Positions 1 through 12,583 of a stretch of DNA of 64,000 bases are shown piece after piece. Numbering within the stretch: position 1 is the stretch's first letter; each line of letters begins with the position of its first letter. Source of the stretch: Octopus bimaculoides. Taxonomy: Eukaryota. Where the stretch lies: NCBI RefSeq assembly GCF_001194135.2, contig NC_068982.1, forward strand, positions 27,821,941-27,885,940, in the 5' to 3' direction. A program made the translations under genes and the position numbers. The notes under the pieces were generated by a model. The model ran no database searches and was not told where the DNA came from. It saw nothing but the letters and a program-made list of their open reading frames with translations.

Positions 1-1297
1 TATACAAATATATATATATATATTTGTAAGTATCTGTAATTAACAATGCTTAATTGTGTCTCATATGTATTATTTAAATACATAAGAAAGCAAATTCCAT
101 CACTATTGTCAATAGATAAGTGCTCAGGAATAATAAAAACAGTTAAATACCTCAGATAAGTAAAAGATGTTTTTATTAAGTTTGCCTTGCTGTAACAAAA
201 ATAAATTATGCAGCTGACCATTACAAGCTCTGCAATGCCTAAATACCACTTTTAGAGCTTCTATTTATGAATGTGGAGGTGGAGATTGGAATAATAATAA
301 TAATGGAATCAAAATGAGTGGTCAGTCAACGTTGAGATTAAAAATAAATTATCCCTAAAACACACAAAATATAAGCAGAGTTATATCTCCTGTAAAGTTT
401 CAGATTAGGCAGATATTGGAAACAAATTCATTATTTGAATGGGCTTCATAAAAAATTCAGAATGCAATAACTGGATCTAGCCTGAAACTGAATAGGTTTG
501 CAGCAATGATAAAATCTTTTAAACATTACACAGTTGAGTTGGCAGTGATCTCAACTGTGCATTATCATGCATTAATCCATCAGTAGCTAATTGAACGTAG
601 CATGTCTAAACCACACATGATATGAAGCTAAATGGTAGAATGGAGCTAAACTAATTATCAGAAGCATACATCCCTTCAGCATTGTCATATTTATTATTGC
701 GATTCTAGTAAGCTACATTATGATATTTCGATTCTAGTAAGCTACATTATATATGGAGAGGAGGAAAAATTAAGCAAAAAACTATTTCTTTATATGCAGC
801 TGTACAACTCTTTCCTTTATATTTTGACTGAGTGCTTCCTACTCTTCACAGGCATATAAATATTCTTCATCTAGAAACTCTACTTATTGAATCTTCATAT
901 TACATTTTACTAACGTAACTGTTATGATGGTTACTGGTATGTACCTCATCTGAAAAGATAGTATTTTCGTAATTTCCAAAATTAATGTTGATGCAGCAGT
1001 AGAAATCATGTTGTTTTACTAGCGAATGTAAATTACATTGGTGAAGTAAGTACCAATTATTTAATGCTTCAAGTATAAAATTAATTGAGATCATAGATAT
1101 ATCATGGAAAGGTATACATTGTTGAACAGTGCTTAAATAAAAACAAAGATATTAAACTACTCTCATTGTCTTTGAGCCTAAGCAGACGTGATGACAACAC
1201 TAAATGTTTTATGGTTGTCTTAGAACTTCACAGTGGAGTGTAATTATTCAAATAGTTGCCAGGTCATAGAAAGAATTCCATTGCTTGACTAACTTCA

Positions 1298-2839
1298 TCT
1301 ATATATATAAAAATGAGAATGTGTGTCTGTCTGTCTGTCTGTCTGTGTGAATCCCTAAAACTAGAGAACTACGCAACCAATTTCATTCAAATTTTACACA
1401 TGCCTTATTTAGGGTTCCAGTTGTGTTTTAGTCAAAAAAATTATTAACTTCTTGCAGAGTTCGAGCACACGGCAACATAATATCTCCTCCACTATTTAAG
1501 TATTACGTGTCAAAAGTGAAACAAAAACACTCATGTCAAATACTTTCACTTTAAAAATGAAACTATTCCACTAACTGAAACAATCACATTTCGATACTGT
1601 AGTGACAGATACTTTCACAGAGAGNNNNNNNNNNNNNNNNNNNNNNNNNNNNNNNNNNNNNNNNNNNNNNNNNNNNNNNNNNNNNNNNNNNNNNNNNNNN
1701 NNNNNNNNNNNNNNNNNNNNNNNNNNNNNNNNNNNNNNNNNNNNNNNNNNNNNNNNNNNNNNNNNNNNNNNNNNNNNNNNNNNNNNNNNNNNNNNNNNNN
1801 NNNNNNNNNNNNNNNNNNNNNNNNNNNNNNNNNNNNNNNNNNNNNNNNNNNNNNNNNNNNNNNNNNNNNNNNNNNNNNNNNNNNNNNNNNNNNNNNNNNN
1901 NNNNNNNNNNNNNNNNNNNNNNNNNNNNNNNNNNNNNNNNNNNNNNNNNNNNNNNNNNNNNNNNNNNNNNNNNNNNNNNNNNNNNNNNNNNNNNNNNNNN
2001 NNNNNNNNNNNNNNNNNNNNNNNNNNNNNNNNNNNNNNNNNNNNNNNNNNNNNNNNNNNNNNNNNNNNNNNNNNNNNNNNNNNNNNNNNNNNNNNNNNNN
2101 NNNNNNNNNNNNNNNNNNNNNNNNNNNNNNNNNNNNNNNNNNNNNNNNNNNNNNNNNNNNNNNNNNNNNNNNNNNNNNNNNNNNNNNNNNNNNNNNNNNN
2201 NNNNNNNNNNNNNNNNNNNNNNNNNNNNNNNNNNNNNNNNNNNNNNNNNNNNNNNNNNNNNNNNNNNNNNNNNNNNNNNNNNNNNNNNNNNNNNNNNNNN
2301 NNNNNNNNNNNNNNNNNNNNNNNNNNNNNNNNNNNNNNNNNNNNNNNNNNNNNNNNNNNNNNNNNNNNNNNNNNNNNNNNNNNNNNNNNNNNNNNNNNNN
2401 NNNNNNNNNNNNNNNNNNNNNNNNNNNNNNNNNNNNNNNNNNNNNNNNNNNNNNNNNNNNNNNNNNNNNNNNNNNNNNNNNNNNNNNNNNNNNNNNNNNN
2501 NNNNNNNNNNNNNNNNNNNNNNGACAACTGTATGTTGGCTGCTCAAGAGTGGGCAGCAACAAAAAACCTATTTGTATATGCTCCACAAGGGAAAACAAGG
2601 AACATAGTTTACAATGAGGTGTTATAATCACAACAGCAAGAAAGTATGTACATGATCACCTTCTTTTACGAAACTTCATTGACTTTCATATATTTATATT
2701 GATATACATATATATACGTGTGTTTGGGTGCCTGTGTGTATATATACATCTCTATATATAAAGATGATGCGTAGTCTAGACGGCGTTTTTAGATTTCATT
2801 ATTCTCTTTAACCCGGGCAACGCCGGGTATTTCTGCTAG
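1298..2839 (+). mobile_element. Helitron (non-autonomous or partial; spans an N gap)
   Basis: 5' end A|TCTATATATATAAAAATG followed by (GTCT)n. 3' hairpin ACCCGG-GCAACG-CCGGGT (2811-2828) then CTAG|T (2836-2840), so an A|T insertion site with no TSD. 2523-2627 encodes the RepHel helicase C-terminus GQLYVGCSRVGSN/KNLFVYAPQGKTRNIVYNEVL* with one frameshift in an A run. Confidence 0.92.
1625..2522. other. Assembly gap (898 N)
   Basis: Run of N; the ORFs called across it are artefacts. Confidence 1.
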
Positions 2840-3500
2840 TTATTGAATAAGTGTCATATTTTCTGGCATTCAAGTTCAATTTTTCAGAGCAAAATTTATA
2901 GCCAAAGATGGTACATTGACATGCACCAAGATCACTCTGAAGTGCCAAAAATTCCATGTGAAATGCAGCAGGATAGTGATGATGTTTGAATGTTTATATT
3001 ATATACTACATTGACTTGTGCGTCAGAAAACAGTATTTCAAGCAAAAATTAATTCCAAATTCACAGAAACATTACTACATTGGTAAATGTTAAAAGATAT
3101 TAATTAAAACATTAGCAATGCAGCAACAAAACTCTACAAAACATTTACTTTTATAAAACGGGGTATATTTTATTTCACTGCTTATATAACCTGAACTAAA
3201 TATACAATGGACATCCATTAGCTATAGACATTCATTAAGATGATGCCTTTGGAAACTTACAGTTTCAAATTAAACAAATGATTTCTCATCAAACTACAGA
3301 TATATTATAAAAGATCACTTGGATATAATATAACACAAAGTTGTTCTTGCATTAACCAAGATTCCTGTCATTTTTCAGAGACTTCATAATTCTTGACAGG
3401 TATGATTTCTATTTTTCACATTAGGTTATTAGCAATTGATGACATGAATTTAACAGTACTAAATTTGTACAGGCACATAAATATCTAAGCAAAACATGTA

Positions 3501-3843
3501 CAGGTATGGCTAGATGGTTAAGAAGCTTGCAGTTCAACCACTTGATTTTGGGTTCAGTCCTACTGCACAGCAACTTAGGCAAGTGTCTTCTACTATAGTC
3601 CTGGGTAAACCAATACCTTGTGAATGAATTGCATAGATGGAAACTGTATGGAAGCCCGTCATGTGTGTGTATGTGTGTGCTTGTCCCACAACTACTGCTT
3701 GACCACCAATGTTTATGTACCTATAACTTAGTGGTTAGGCAAAAGAGACTGATAAATTAAGTACTCGATTTGTTTGGACTAAACCCCTTCAAGGTGATAC
3801 CCCAGTATGGCTGCAGTCCAATGACTGAAACAAGTAAAAGATA
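3501..3843 (+). mobile_element. tRNA-derived SINE, family A (tail ...caatgactgaaacaagtaaaaga)
   Basis: Degenerate A box (tggctagatgg) and B box (ggttcagtcc), central TG-rich part, and tail shared with the copies at 9672 and 56713. Confidence 0.8.
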
Positions 3844-4787
3844 TACTTAGTTAAACATTTCCTGTCTTCTGCTGGCTGAGACATACATTCTTCAACCAAC
3901 ATTTTGTCAGCTGTTAGATTTATAGTTTCTTATAAGAATATGACATCTCAGAGACAATGAGATTACTCTATTCACACTTTACCAAAGTAATTAAAAGAGC
4001 AAATCATGTGGATGATAAATGATTTGTATTTCTTATTACCTTAGTAAAGTATGAACATAGCAGAGGGTTGCAAAATCTAAGCCCAAAACTTATCACTGTT
4101 GGTTTGATAACTAAACTTGCAATGAAAGCATTTCTTTTAATAAACAGATGTCCTTACTACAACAGAATTTGAAATTCTCTCTCAGGAAATCAAGCATAAA
4201 AGGAAAACTAAATCAATAACCTAATTTAGTTTCACTAGTGGCCTGGGTAGTATTTTTTTTCCCCCAGATATTTTAAATTGCTTGCAAATGAATTTTTAGA
4301 TTAAGTTCTTTCTACACAAAGCAAGCAAGATTAAGAGGATGCTATTTTCAGTTAGAGTGAGATAAGCTGATGTACCGAGTGAACAGAAATAAAGACATGA
4401 GGTGAAAAAAAAAATCAGTGAAAAGTCACAATTTTGGCTGGGTGGGGGAAGCCACAAGAGAAATGTCACATTTTGTTAGAATACCATAAATAATAGTTAA
4501 AGTTATTATTTTAAATCATTAATAATACATGATTTGTAGACAATAACAATTTACATAATATCATTACACATAGACAAAAAGTTTTTCAAAATCATAAAAC
4601 AATGAGAAAAAAAAAAACATTAAATCAGTTGTTTATTGAAATTTTCCTGTTTTTTGTTTTTTTTTCAACCATGGATTCTATGAACCTTGCAGTTTGCCTC
4701 AACACAACAAATGAAGTGGAGTACTAACAAGACAGTTTAACCAGGGAAGGGTTAATTTTGTTGACATTTTAATGTCAACAACATTAA

Positions 4788-4972
4788 CCCTTTAACTGTG
4801 AAATAAAATTTTATGATTATTCCAGTGATGATGTTAAATATCTAACAAAAAATAAAAGTGATATTTTCTTCAAGTGATACTACCTCAAACTGGACAATAA
4901 AAATAGTTACAAACGTGACATTCTTCAACAGAAGAGAGATGGGTATATAAAACTTCTTTTCACAGTTAAGGG
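4788..4972. mobile_element. piggyBac-like MITE
   Basis: TTAA|CCCTTTAACTGTGAAA ... TTTCACAGTTAAGGG|TAAA. Internal sequence homologous to 48109-48351. Confidence 0.7.
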
Positions 4973-4997
4973 TAAAGAAATTTTAAGCAGATATATC

Positions 4998-5170
4998 CAC
5001 TAGCATAGCTAGAGTGTGTGCCACCTGGGACGGCCCTTCAATTTGACGCCCTTGGGCCCCCACAAAAAATACATATACAGTAGACTCAAAAGTGGTGCCG
5101 CCCCCATAGAAGTGTCACCCAGGTAGTGGGGACCTGCTCCCTCTGCCTCCCACCCCTAGCCATACTAGTG
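4998..5170. mobile_element. hAT-like MITE (GC-rich)
   Basis: TIR CACTAGCATAGCTAG / CTAGCCATACTAGTG; degenerate 8-bp TSD gatatatc/tatgtatc (6/8). Confidence 0.6.
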
Positions 5171-7073
5171 TATGTATCTGATTTCTGTAGTAAAATAGTC
5201 AATCTATCTGTTAAATACCTATTAAGTTCTTCTGTGACATTTAGTTTCATGAACATACACACTCGCAAAGCAAAACTCCATTTCTGATCAAACTATTGTT
5301 TTAACCAAAGTATAATTGAATAATTATTAGCAACTATCATGTCAAGCAATATTCACACTCTCTTTCAAGTTACATTAAATAACAGTAATTTTAAAAAAGA
5401 AAACAAGTTAACCAATACATCTATGTAAGTGACCTACTTTTAATGACAGTAGCAAACAACTACCTGCTTCTGTGTGGGTGTGTGTGTGTGTTTGCGCGCG
5501 TTTAAAAGATTCTACTGTTTTAACTATCTCAAAAACCGTGTTTGTTGCCTTGAATTTTTAAAAAAATTTTTAAAGACTAATAAGAATAATATTAAAGTTG
5601 AATATATATGTCCACGCCCGCAATATTTTCTGAAGTCATGTAACAAAAAAGAAATTCTATTTTCACAAATTCAACAAGGCTTCTGTAGTTACTCACAAGG
5701 CTAATTGTTGTAGTGGATGAGTAAATAAACCCTAGAATATAACTGGCATTTAATTTATTGAATGCAGGGACTGAAACATATATGATAATGGCAGAGTCTA
5801 AATTTAGAAAGCAGACAAGACAAAATTAGAACTAAAGAATTTAGTGCACCCCACAACCCAACACATTTAACAGGAAAGTAGCCTGTTAATGGCAGTGATT
5901 TTGTCACTGTAATGATTGTATAACCTAAATTTCCTTATCTTTGTCACATGCTTACTTTTTTTTAAAAATATATTTCTAGTGCCTGACTCATGAAAAAATG
6001 AAGACAAAACAAATGTTTGAAAATTCTTAGAAGCTTTTTGCTTAGATTTTACAGAAGGTAAAACTTCAAAAATTACAATAGTTTACTCTAACTTGTTTTA
6101 GTAATAGGACTGTGGCCATGCTGGGGCACTACCTTGAAGGGCTTTTGGTAAAGTGCTGAGTTCCAGGAATGTAACTTATTGAGAATGTTTTTTTTAAAAA
6201 TCTTTTCTCTCTCTTTTGGCAAGCAATCTAAATAATAAGCTATTCACCTTCTTGATCACGGATTGTACAAAAGGAGCAATGTAGAATAGCGAGGACCGAT
6301 TAGTTTTGCAAACGGTAAGGACAACTCACAGTGCTGGAGTTCTGATAAAATACACCCAGACTCAGTACACATTGTAAAATTGTTGGTATCCAGCTATAGA
6401 ACCATCTAGGAGACAAGTAACTTGAAATTAGAACTGGCTTAGACTGTGACCACCCCCTCCAATCCAATGCCAGCACTGGAAGTAGAAATAATGGTGATTC
6501 TTAATGCTTAATGAAAAATATCTATTAACACTCCAATAAAAACTATCTTGCTAAATAAAGCACTGAATTTTAAGCCATTAAAAGAGCCTCTGTTAGTCAC
6601 TTGGCTTGCAAGAAAGTTAAATCTCCTTTAAATTACACTCTAAACTATGTCTTAAAAAACATAAACAAAATGGCCATGGCTAGAATGCCTGATCATAGAT
6701 CTGCTCAATCGGGGATGACCTGAGGTTAAAAAGTGCAAACAGTGGGAACCACAGTAACTAACTCAGTTTCGGTTTACTGGTCAAAATTATCAATGGTCAA
6801 CATTTTGACATTGCTAAATAACTCAGAGCACTTAGCTGTAAACAGGTTACATGTGGTCAGTACAAGCCCTGGTAAATTTCCTGAGTGTATGATTCACTTG
6901 CAGAGCTGAGCAAAAGTCTTACAATGGCCATTTAAAGGAGTTAGATACCTTTTCTATGCCCATGCAAGATCGGTAAAGGTTTACAAAGTTGACCAATAAT
7001 ACTGTTGCTGAGTGAGTGATTCAAATAGAAATATCTAAGGCTACAAAGAACATGGATGTTGCACATACATTTG

Positions 7074-7123
<50 letters not shown>

Positions 7124-7134
7124 AGACTTTCCAG

Positions 7135-7420
7135 GTTGGTTAGGCCTGCTGTGCACCACATTATCACTTGTTAATATCTACACCAATTTCTCTTAAAGGC
7201 ACCTTCAACTAATCAATACAAAGCACTTTTCCGTCCAGTATTAATTATCCATTCATACATGTCCCAGCTGAGTCATTTCTCTTGCACATATCAGCTGTCA
7301 CCTTTAATGCACAACCACTTTTTCAACTCACTTTCATGCAAGTTACAATGCTGACATAAATGTTCCACACTGAATAGTAATGTCTCTCTACTATGCAGCA
7401 TCACTTCTTAAACATGTCAG
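7135..7420 (-). mobile_element. RTE-clade LINE 3' ORF fragment
   Basis: Minus-strand remnant resembling VQEKxLxWxGHVxRMD...KC..VEG, with stops and frameshifts. Confidence 0.55.
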
Positions 7421-7589
7421 AAAAAGGAGAACATGCTCTTTAGCCAAGCTACAATAATTTTACTATAACAACCTTCAGCACTATGTAGGTTGTGGAAGTA
7501 ACAGAGACTGGCCAGTATATCTATTACATCATTTCAATAGTAAGAGTGATTTTAAAAGAACTGTGCATGTGCTAGTTGGATTTAAGAGA

Positions 7590-7775
7590 TTTAAATGAGC
7601 CAGTGAAGAAGTCTCTATGTAGTTGCTCAATCTGCTAGAAATAGCAGCCAAATCTCCTTCAAATCACATCATCTTAAATGAAGAATACATTGAACAATGC
7701 AAAAATGATGGGCTGGTCAAGGCTGGAATGCCTTTGATTACAAGTCGACTCAATGAGAGGTGACTTGGGGTTATA
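7590..7775 (+). mobile_element. Interspersed repeat or SINE 3' part (family F; related copies ~6585-6735, 39160-39330, 40460-40635)
   Basis: Shared motif ctgctagaaatagcagccaaatctcc...ggctggaatgcctttgat in four places. Confidence 0.6.
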
Positions 7776-9409
7776 GAAGAGATTGAAAATAAAACACCTA
7801 AATCTTAAGAATATTTACAAACAATGAATAAAATTTCTATAATCAAACTTTTAAACATATACAGATTAATTATAAGTATTAAACCCATTGAAATTAATCA
7901 CATGATTGTTAGTATTATCTTCCCATCTGCTCAACTTATGCTCATGTCCTCAAAATATAATATTAAGAACATTAGTCACTGTCTCCTTTGTCTATATAAA
8001 TTTCCTATTGATGATATACTAATTAGCTTCATTTCCAATTGCATGGCAACCTTTATTACTCTAATTTTACAAAGCAGTTATTTAAAGAACACTTGTCTAT
8101 TTCTAATAGAGCCAATAAGTGATGAAAATGACACATATACACCTATTACTCTATTGCCAGGTTTTATATTATGGTCAATGTCTCCTTATGGAGACTATTC
8201 TTAGCTGTCCTTTGTTAAGTTTTCTATTTATTATAATTATGCTTATATATTTTATTCAGTTCACATAATAAAACAGATTAATGTATAGTATACTGTACAG
8301 TAAGATTCAGCATTCTGGCTGGACTGTTGGGAAATTAAAAGATGGGAATGACATCCAAATGGTTTTGTGAAGGATGAAGTAAAGGAATTTAAGGTCGGGA
8401 TGAGTGTATTCATGGTTCCGACTCCCACATTCCTTGTGCATTGAGAAGAGAAAGGAGTGAAGTTGTCATCTGTATCTTATTGATATCACAAAAGCATGAC
8501 TTTACAAATACTCTTTATAATTTGGTATGTTAGATATTCAAATACAAAATTTTCCACATATTTTGAGGAGCAATGTAAAAGAAGCATAGAATATCAAAGA
8601 ACTATGGTGATGCATAAAAGCATAATGTGACACTTCCACCAGTATTAGGTTTAATGGGTGTAGTGGATGTAATGAGATACATGCTGATCGAGCCTACATA
8701 ATTTTCAATTATCATATCCCAACCTGAACTTAAGGTCGTGAACATAATCTTGTAGTTTTGCCTTTAGCATGATAATACCATTGAGTTATGCCTCTCCCTC
8801 ACAATGAGGTTATTCCTATCATAGTAATACTTAATCATTATATTAGGATATACAGGCAGATCTGAGATGGAGCTAGTTTGCATTTGTCTGCATTAATGGG
8901 TTGTTAACCTTTTTATTTTAAATGAGAACTGGTTATTAACTTTCATAGCAAGTAGTTTTACCATAGGAAAATTTAATCTATTTATTTTCACCATAAATAC
9001 TACTGCTACAGATTTTGCAGCAGTAATTCTCACTGTAAACATTTCTGCAGTAAGATGTTTACAGCAAGATACATTTGTCATGATATGAAAATAATTAAAT
9101 AAATAAAACAAAAAGTATCTCGTTTAAACTTTCAATTTAGTTAGCAATCTGCATGTTAGAAACAAAATTCTTTATTTGTCAAAGAAGGAAAAATACAATT
9201 ACAAATAGTTTAAAGTATTGTGGGTTGAAAGCAAAATGGCACAATTACACCCTCAAGCATTGAGAGATCTTAAAGCTGTTTCATTTATGTCTGAAGGATT
9301 CTTCTGAGGTTTATGATCATAAATCCTGTTAACAACATTACTGTATATCTAAATTCCATTATTGAACGCAATATTGAAGTTTAAAAAAAATTCAGTATAC
9401 CATTACTTT

Positions 9410-9625
9410 CAACATTTAACATCTGTTTTCCACGCTGGCATGGGTTGGATAGCTTGACAAGCAACTGGCAAGGCCAGAGGCCTGCACAAGGTTCCATAGC
9501 CTATTTTGGCTTGGTTTCTATAGCTTGATGCCCTTCCTAATACCAATCACTTTACAGAGTGTATTGGATGCTTTTTACATGGCACCATCACCAGTGCTTT
9601 TCATGTGGCACCAGCATCCACACCA
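9410..9625 (-). mobile_element. RTE 3'-tail-derived short retroposon (family E; also ~12716-12925 -, 52728-52853 -, 22890-23010 +, 60375-60512 +)
   Basis: Shared catttaa(c/t)gtc.gttttcca.gctggcatgggttgga...ggatgcccttcctaa motif and (GAT)n-type tail, matching the terminal segment of the RTE copy at 50885. Confidence 0.7.
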
Positions 9626-9671
9626 ATGATTTTTCCCACTACTATACTAAATGTTATTTCTCCCATATTAT

Positions 9672-10052
9672 TATTTTTTATCTGTTTCAGTCATTAGACT
9701 GTGGCCATGCTAGGGCACCAGCTTGAAGAATTTTAGTTGAATGAATCAACCCCAGTAATTATTTTTTTAAAGCCTAGTGCTAATTCTATTAGTCCCTTTA
9801 GCTGAACTGCTAAGTACAAGGGACATAAACACACCAACACCAGTTGTCAAGTGGTGGTGGTGGTGGACAAACATAGACACAAGGACACACATATTTGATA
9901 AGCTAGTTTCTGTCTACAAAATCCACTCACAAGGCTTTGGTCAGCCCCAGGCTATAGTAGAAGACATTTGCCCAAGGTGCCATGCAGCTGGACTGAAACC
10001 AGAACCATCTGGTTGGGAAGCAAGCTTCTTATCACACAGCCACGCTTGCACC
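9672..10052 (-). mobile_element. tRNA-derived SINE, family A, well preserved
   Basis: Minus-strand head ggtgcaagcgtggctgtgtgataagaagcttgcttcccaaccagatggttctggtttcagtcc; same body and tail as 3501-3843. Confidence 0.85.
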
Positions 10053-10695
10053 AATGTCAGCTAAAAGCAATCAATTCACTGAAGCATCATATCATTACAT
10101 GTTTTCTTCGTTCTATTATTATCTTCACTTACTTTTTAAAGACCATTTGAGAATCTTTTATCTATAGTGAGTTTAATTTCATATTTTATACATGAATAAC
10201 AGCAAAACAAGCATTTACAATGTCTGGCTTCCAGTCATATGCTCAATCAACTACTCCTCATCTTTAAAACAGCACATTAATAATGTTGGCAGCGACTGTA
10301 ACAACAATTATTAGTGATTGTTGTTGCTGCTATGCTGCTATCACTGGACACAATTATGTAGTTAATATTAACAGATTTCATTAAAAAAAGCTAACTACAA
10401 ATAATAAGTAAAAAAAATTGTTAGTAAAATAGCTTAATTATTTCAGATAACACAAAAGACAATCCAAACATGTTTGAGTCTTATGACCTCATTATCAATG
10501 TATAGATTTTGCAATATTTGTCAAAGCATATCATAATCATCAAATATATGATTGTATACTAGTTGGTATAAGAAAATAGAATTGTTTCCAGGATAATCTA
10601 AAGATGCCATCTGCATGAAAAACAATTTGCATTGCACAGACAACTAATTTATAAAAACAACTCATCCAAACTCATTTACTTCAATCCACACTGTA

Positions 10696-11550
10696 CACAT
10701 TCCTGGACTAGTCATGTTTAATAAAAAATAACTTATAAACTTAAATTTTAACATCATCTCCTTTGAAATAGTCACCTTGTGTAACAATACACCAACCCCA
10801 GCATTTTTGCCACTTCTGGAATCCCGCCATGAAGTTGTTTTTTGTAAGTGAGTTGAGGACCTGTGATTCACTCTTGATCTCAACAATGGTGTTAGAACAG
10901 CAACCTCTGAGCTGCGTTTTCATCTTGGGGAAGAGATCAAAGTCCTCAGGTGCTAAATCTGGTGAATAGCAGGTGCAGAAGCAATACCAAGCTTTTGGTG
11001 AGAAACTGACGAGTGAAGAAAGCTTGGTGACAGGGTGCATTGTCGTTGTGAAGAATTCAATTCTTTGCACACCAGATTCAGTTGCTTAAACACTTCAAAA
11101 TGTTGTTGATTGTCCTCTATTGATACTCCTACAAGCTGATGAATTTTCTTCACATTTCTGAGGGTGATGCTTGTGACAGGTCTTCCACATCACTCATCAT
11201 CTTCCAGACACACTCTTCCACTTTTGAAGTGCCTGTGCCACCCGAAACATTGCGTATGACCCTTTGCCTTGTTGACATAAACTTGCTAAAGTGTGCCCAA
11301 TGTCTCTGTAGCAGACTTTCCAAGTTTAGCACAAAATTCTATGTTTGTTCTATGTTCCAGCTTCCTGTCCATAACAAAAATTGCAGACTACAGCATACAA
11401 GTGATCACAAAATCACAAATTTCCTAACTTGCGAAATAAATACAGCGATGTCATTTGGCACACTGCCCCATGAAGGTCACTGCTAGCTCTCACTGTGCAT
11501 GCAACCATGTGCTGCCATCTGTTGGCATGCTACCAAACTAGTCCACTTCG
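10696..11550 (-). mobile_element. mariner (Tc1/mariner) internally deleted element, copy 1
   Basis: Remnant transposase: N-terminal HTH region (WHRHF-like segment, KSGR), YSPDLAP motif and C-terminal WQKCW..CIVTQGDYFKGD. Ends TA|CACA..CTGGACTAGT and ACTAGTCC..TTCG|TA. Confidence 0.9.
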
Positions 11551-12061
11551 TACTTGCATTCTCTCTCTCACACACATCCCTATAAATATATAGGACCTGT
11601 AAACTAGGAGACAGACAAATCTAGAATAGAGACGGAATGTCATTAATGAGACCATGAATGGCAATGAAAGGACTGATGAACCTAGCTCATTGATTGAGTG
11701 AATGATTAATCAAACAATTAGTTAATTGGTTAAGTGATTCATTAGTTGACCAATAAAAGTGAAAAAAAACTCATTGTGCTTGTTTATTATTCAGATATAA
11801 TTATAAAACTATATCCCATTAATATACTCGTTTCATGATAATTTTGAAATGTAATCTAAATATAAATGGCAAGACTGCAAGTGAACATTAACAAGTTGCA
11901 ATTAACAAACTGATGTATTTTACCTGTCATGAGAAAATAGTTAAAGTATTTCTGAATCTCTTGTTAGATTAACAGTTATTACAACAGTTATGTGTTCTAA
12001 AAATTAACTTGTCTTCAGTCAATTACCTCAAAGCTTTGAACCTTACATTTATTGTCTAAAG

Positions 12062-12221
12062 CTGGCATGGACAACCTTTTTTGAGATACAGGCCATATGA
12101 CAGATGGCTCATTAATAGGTGGGCCCTACTCCTAAAAAAAAAAACAACAAAAAAACTGAGGGTAATTTTCCTTAGGCATGTCATTCAGAAAGTTCTGTGG
12201 GCCACAGGCTTCCCATGACTA
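12062..12221. mobile_element. hAT (Charlie-like) MITE
   Basis: Degenerate TIR CTGGCATGGACAACC / GGCTTCCCATGACTA; 8-bp TSD GTCTAAAG/GTCTAAAA. Confidence 0.7.
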
Positions 12222-12404
12222 GTCTAAAAAATCCATTTCAAAATGAAATAATTGTAAGTAGTAATATTTAGTGCAACATTTATCAAGAAATTATGGAGAG
12301 AATAACATTTTAGAAAATGCAAAAATCTTCAAAATTTTTATCAGGACTGAAAATAAAAGGAGAGGGAGAAATTCAAATTGGGTAAAGATTACAAAATATC
12401 TTAC

Positions 12405-12583
12405 CTTATTTCTTGAATTTTCAGCTTTTGTTTGCTTAGCTTCCCATAATTCTGTTTGGTAAGTTTCAGCAAAATCCATTTGACAATTAACCAGCATAGC
12501 TGCTGGATTTTGTAGAGCTTTCATTGTCTCTGGCGCATCTTTGCGATCAATGGCATCATTTATAGCAATGATAGCTGCATGTA
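12405..12583 (-). CDS. IQGAP: IQGAP exon, 179 nt, first IQGAP repeat
   Basis: Acceptor ggtttatttgtag|TA CAT GCA; donor AAT AAG|gtaaga. Encodes HAAIIAINDAID...ALQNPAAML, the IQGAP repeat pattern. Confidence 0.96.

Noticed and set aside
151-189. Possible 39-nt in-frame minus-strand exon (ttgttacag|QGKLNKNIFYLSE|gtattt), faintly like QGNINKVN of the next IQGAP exon
   Set aside because: The expected preceding LLTQAEI residues were not found in 190-12404, the donor is weak and similarity is within chance. The next exon probably lies outside the window.
700-750. 22-nt exact direct repeat (cgattctagtaagctacattat x2); similar pairs at ~13790-13850 and 26420-26465
   Set aside because: Only two or three units without unique spacers: local slippage duplications, not CRISPR-like arrays.
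1571-2631. Long ORFs (318-341 aa) in the ORF track
   Set aside because: Almost entirely N; only the last ~35 codons are real and belong to the Helitron helicase remnant.
945-5700. Tiny exon-like motifs tag|CCTT|gtgagt (5700-5697) and cag|ATGAG|gtacat (949-945), which would together add PYE in frame
   Set aside because: Such 4-5-nt patterns arise often by chance; pyrimidine tract or donor is weak; no homology support.
10510-10610. Acceptor tttttcatgcag|ATGGCATCTTTAGAT (MASLD...) downstream of the 179-nt exon
   Set aside because: Runs into a stop with no credible donor and lacks the conserved next-exon motif.
11670-11705. Other CTGATGA occurrences (here, ~34296, ~41384, ~55045)
   Set aside because: No stem II followed by GAAA, so not hammerhead candidates.
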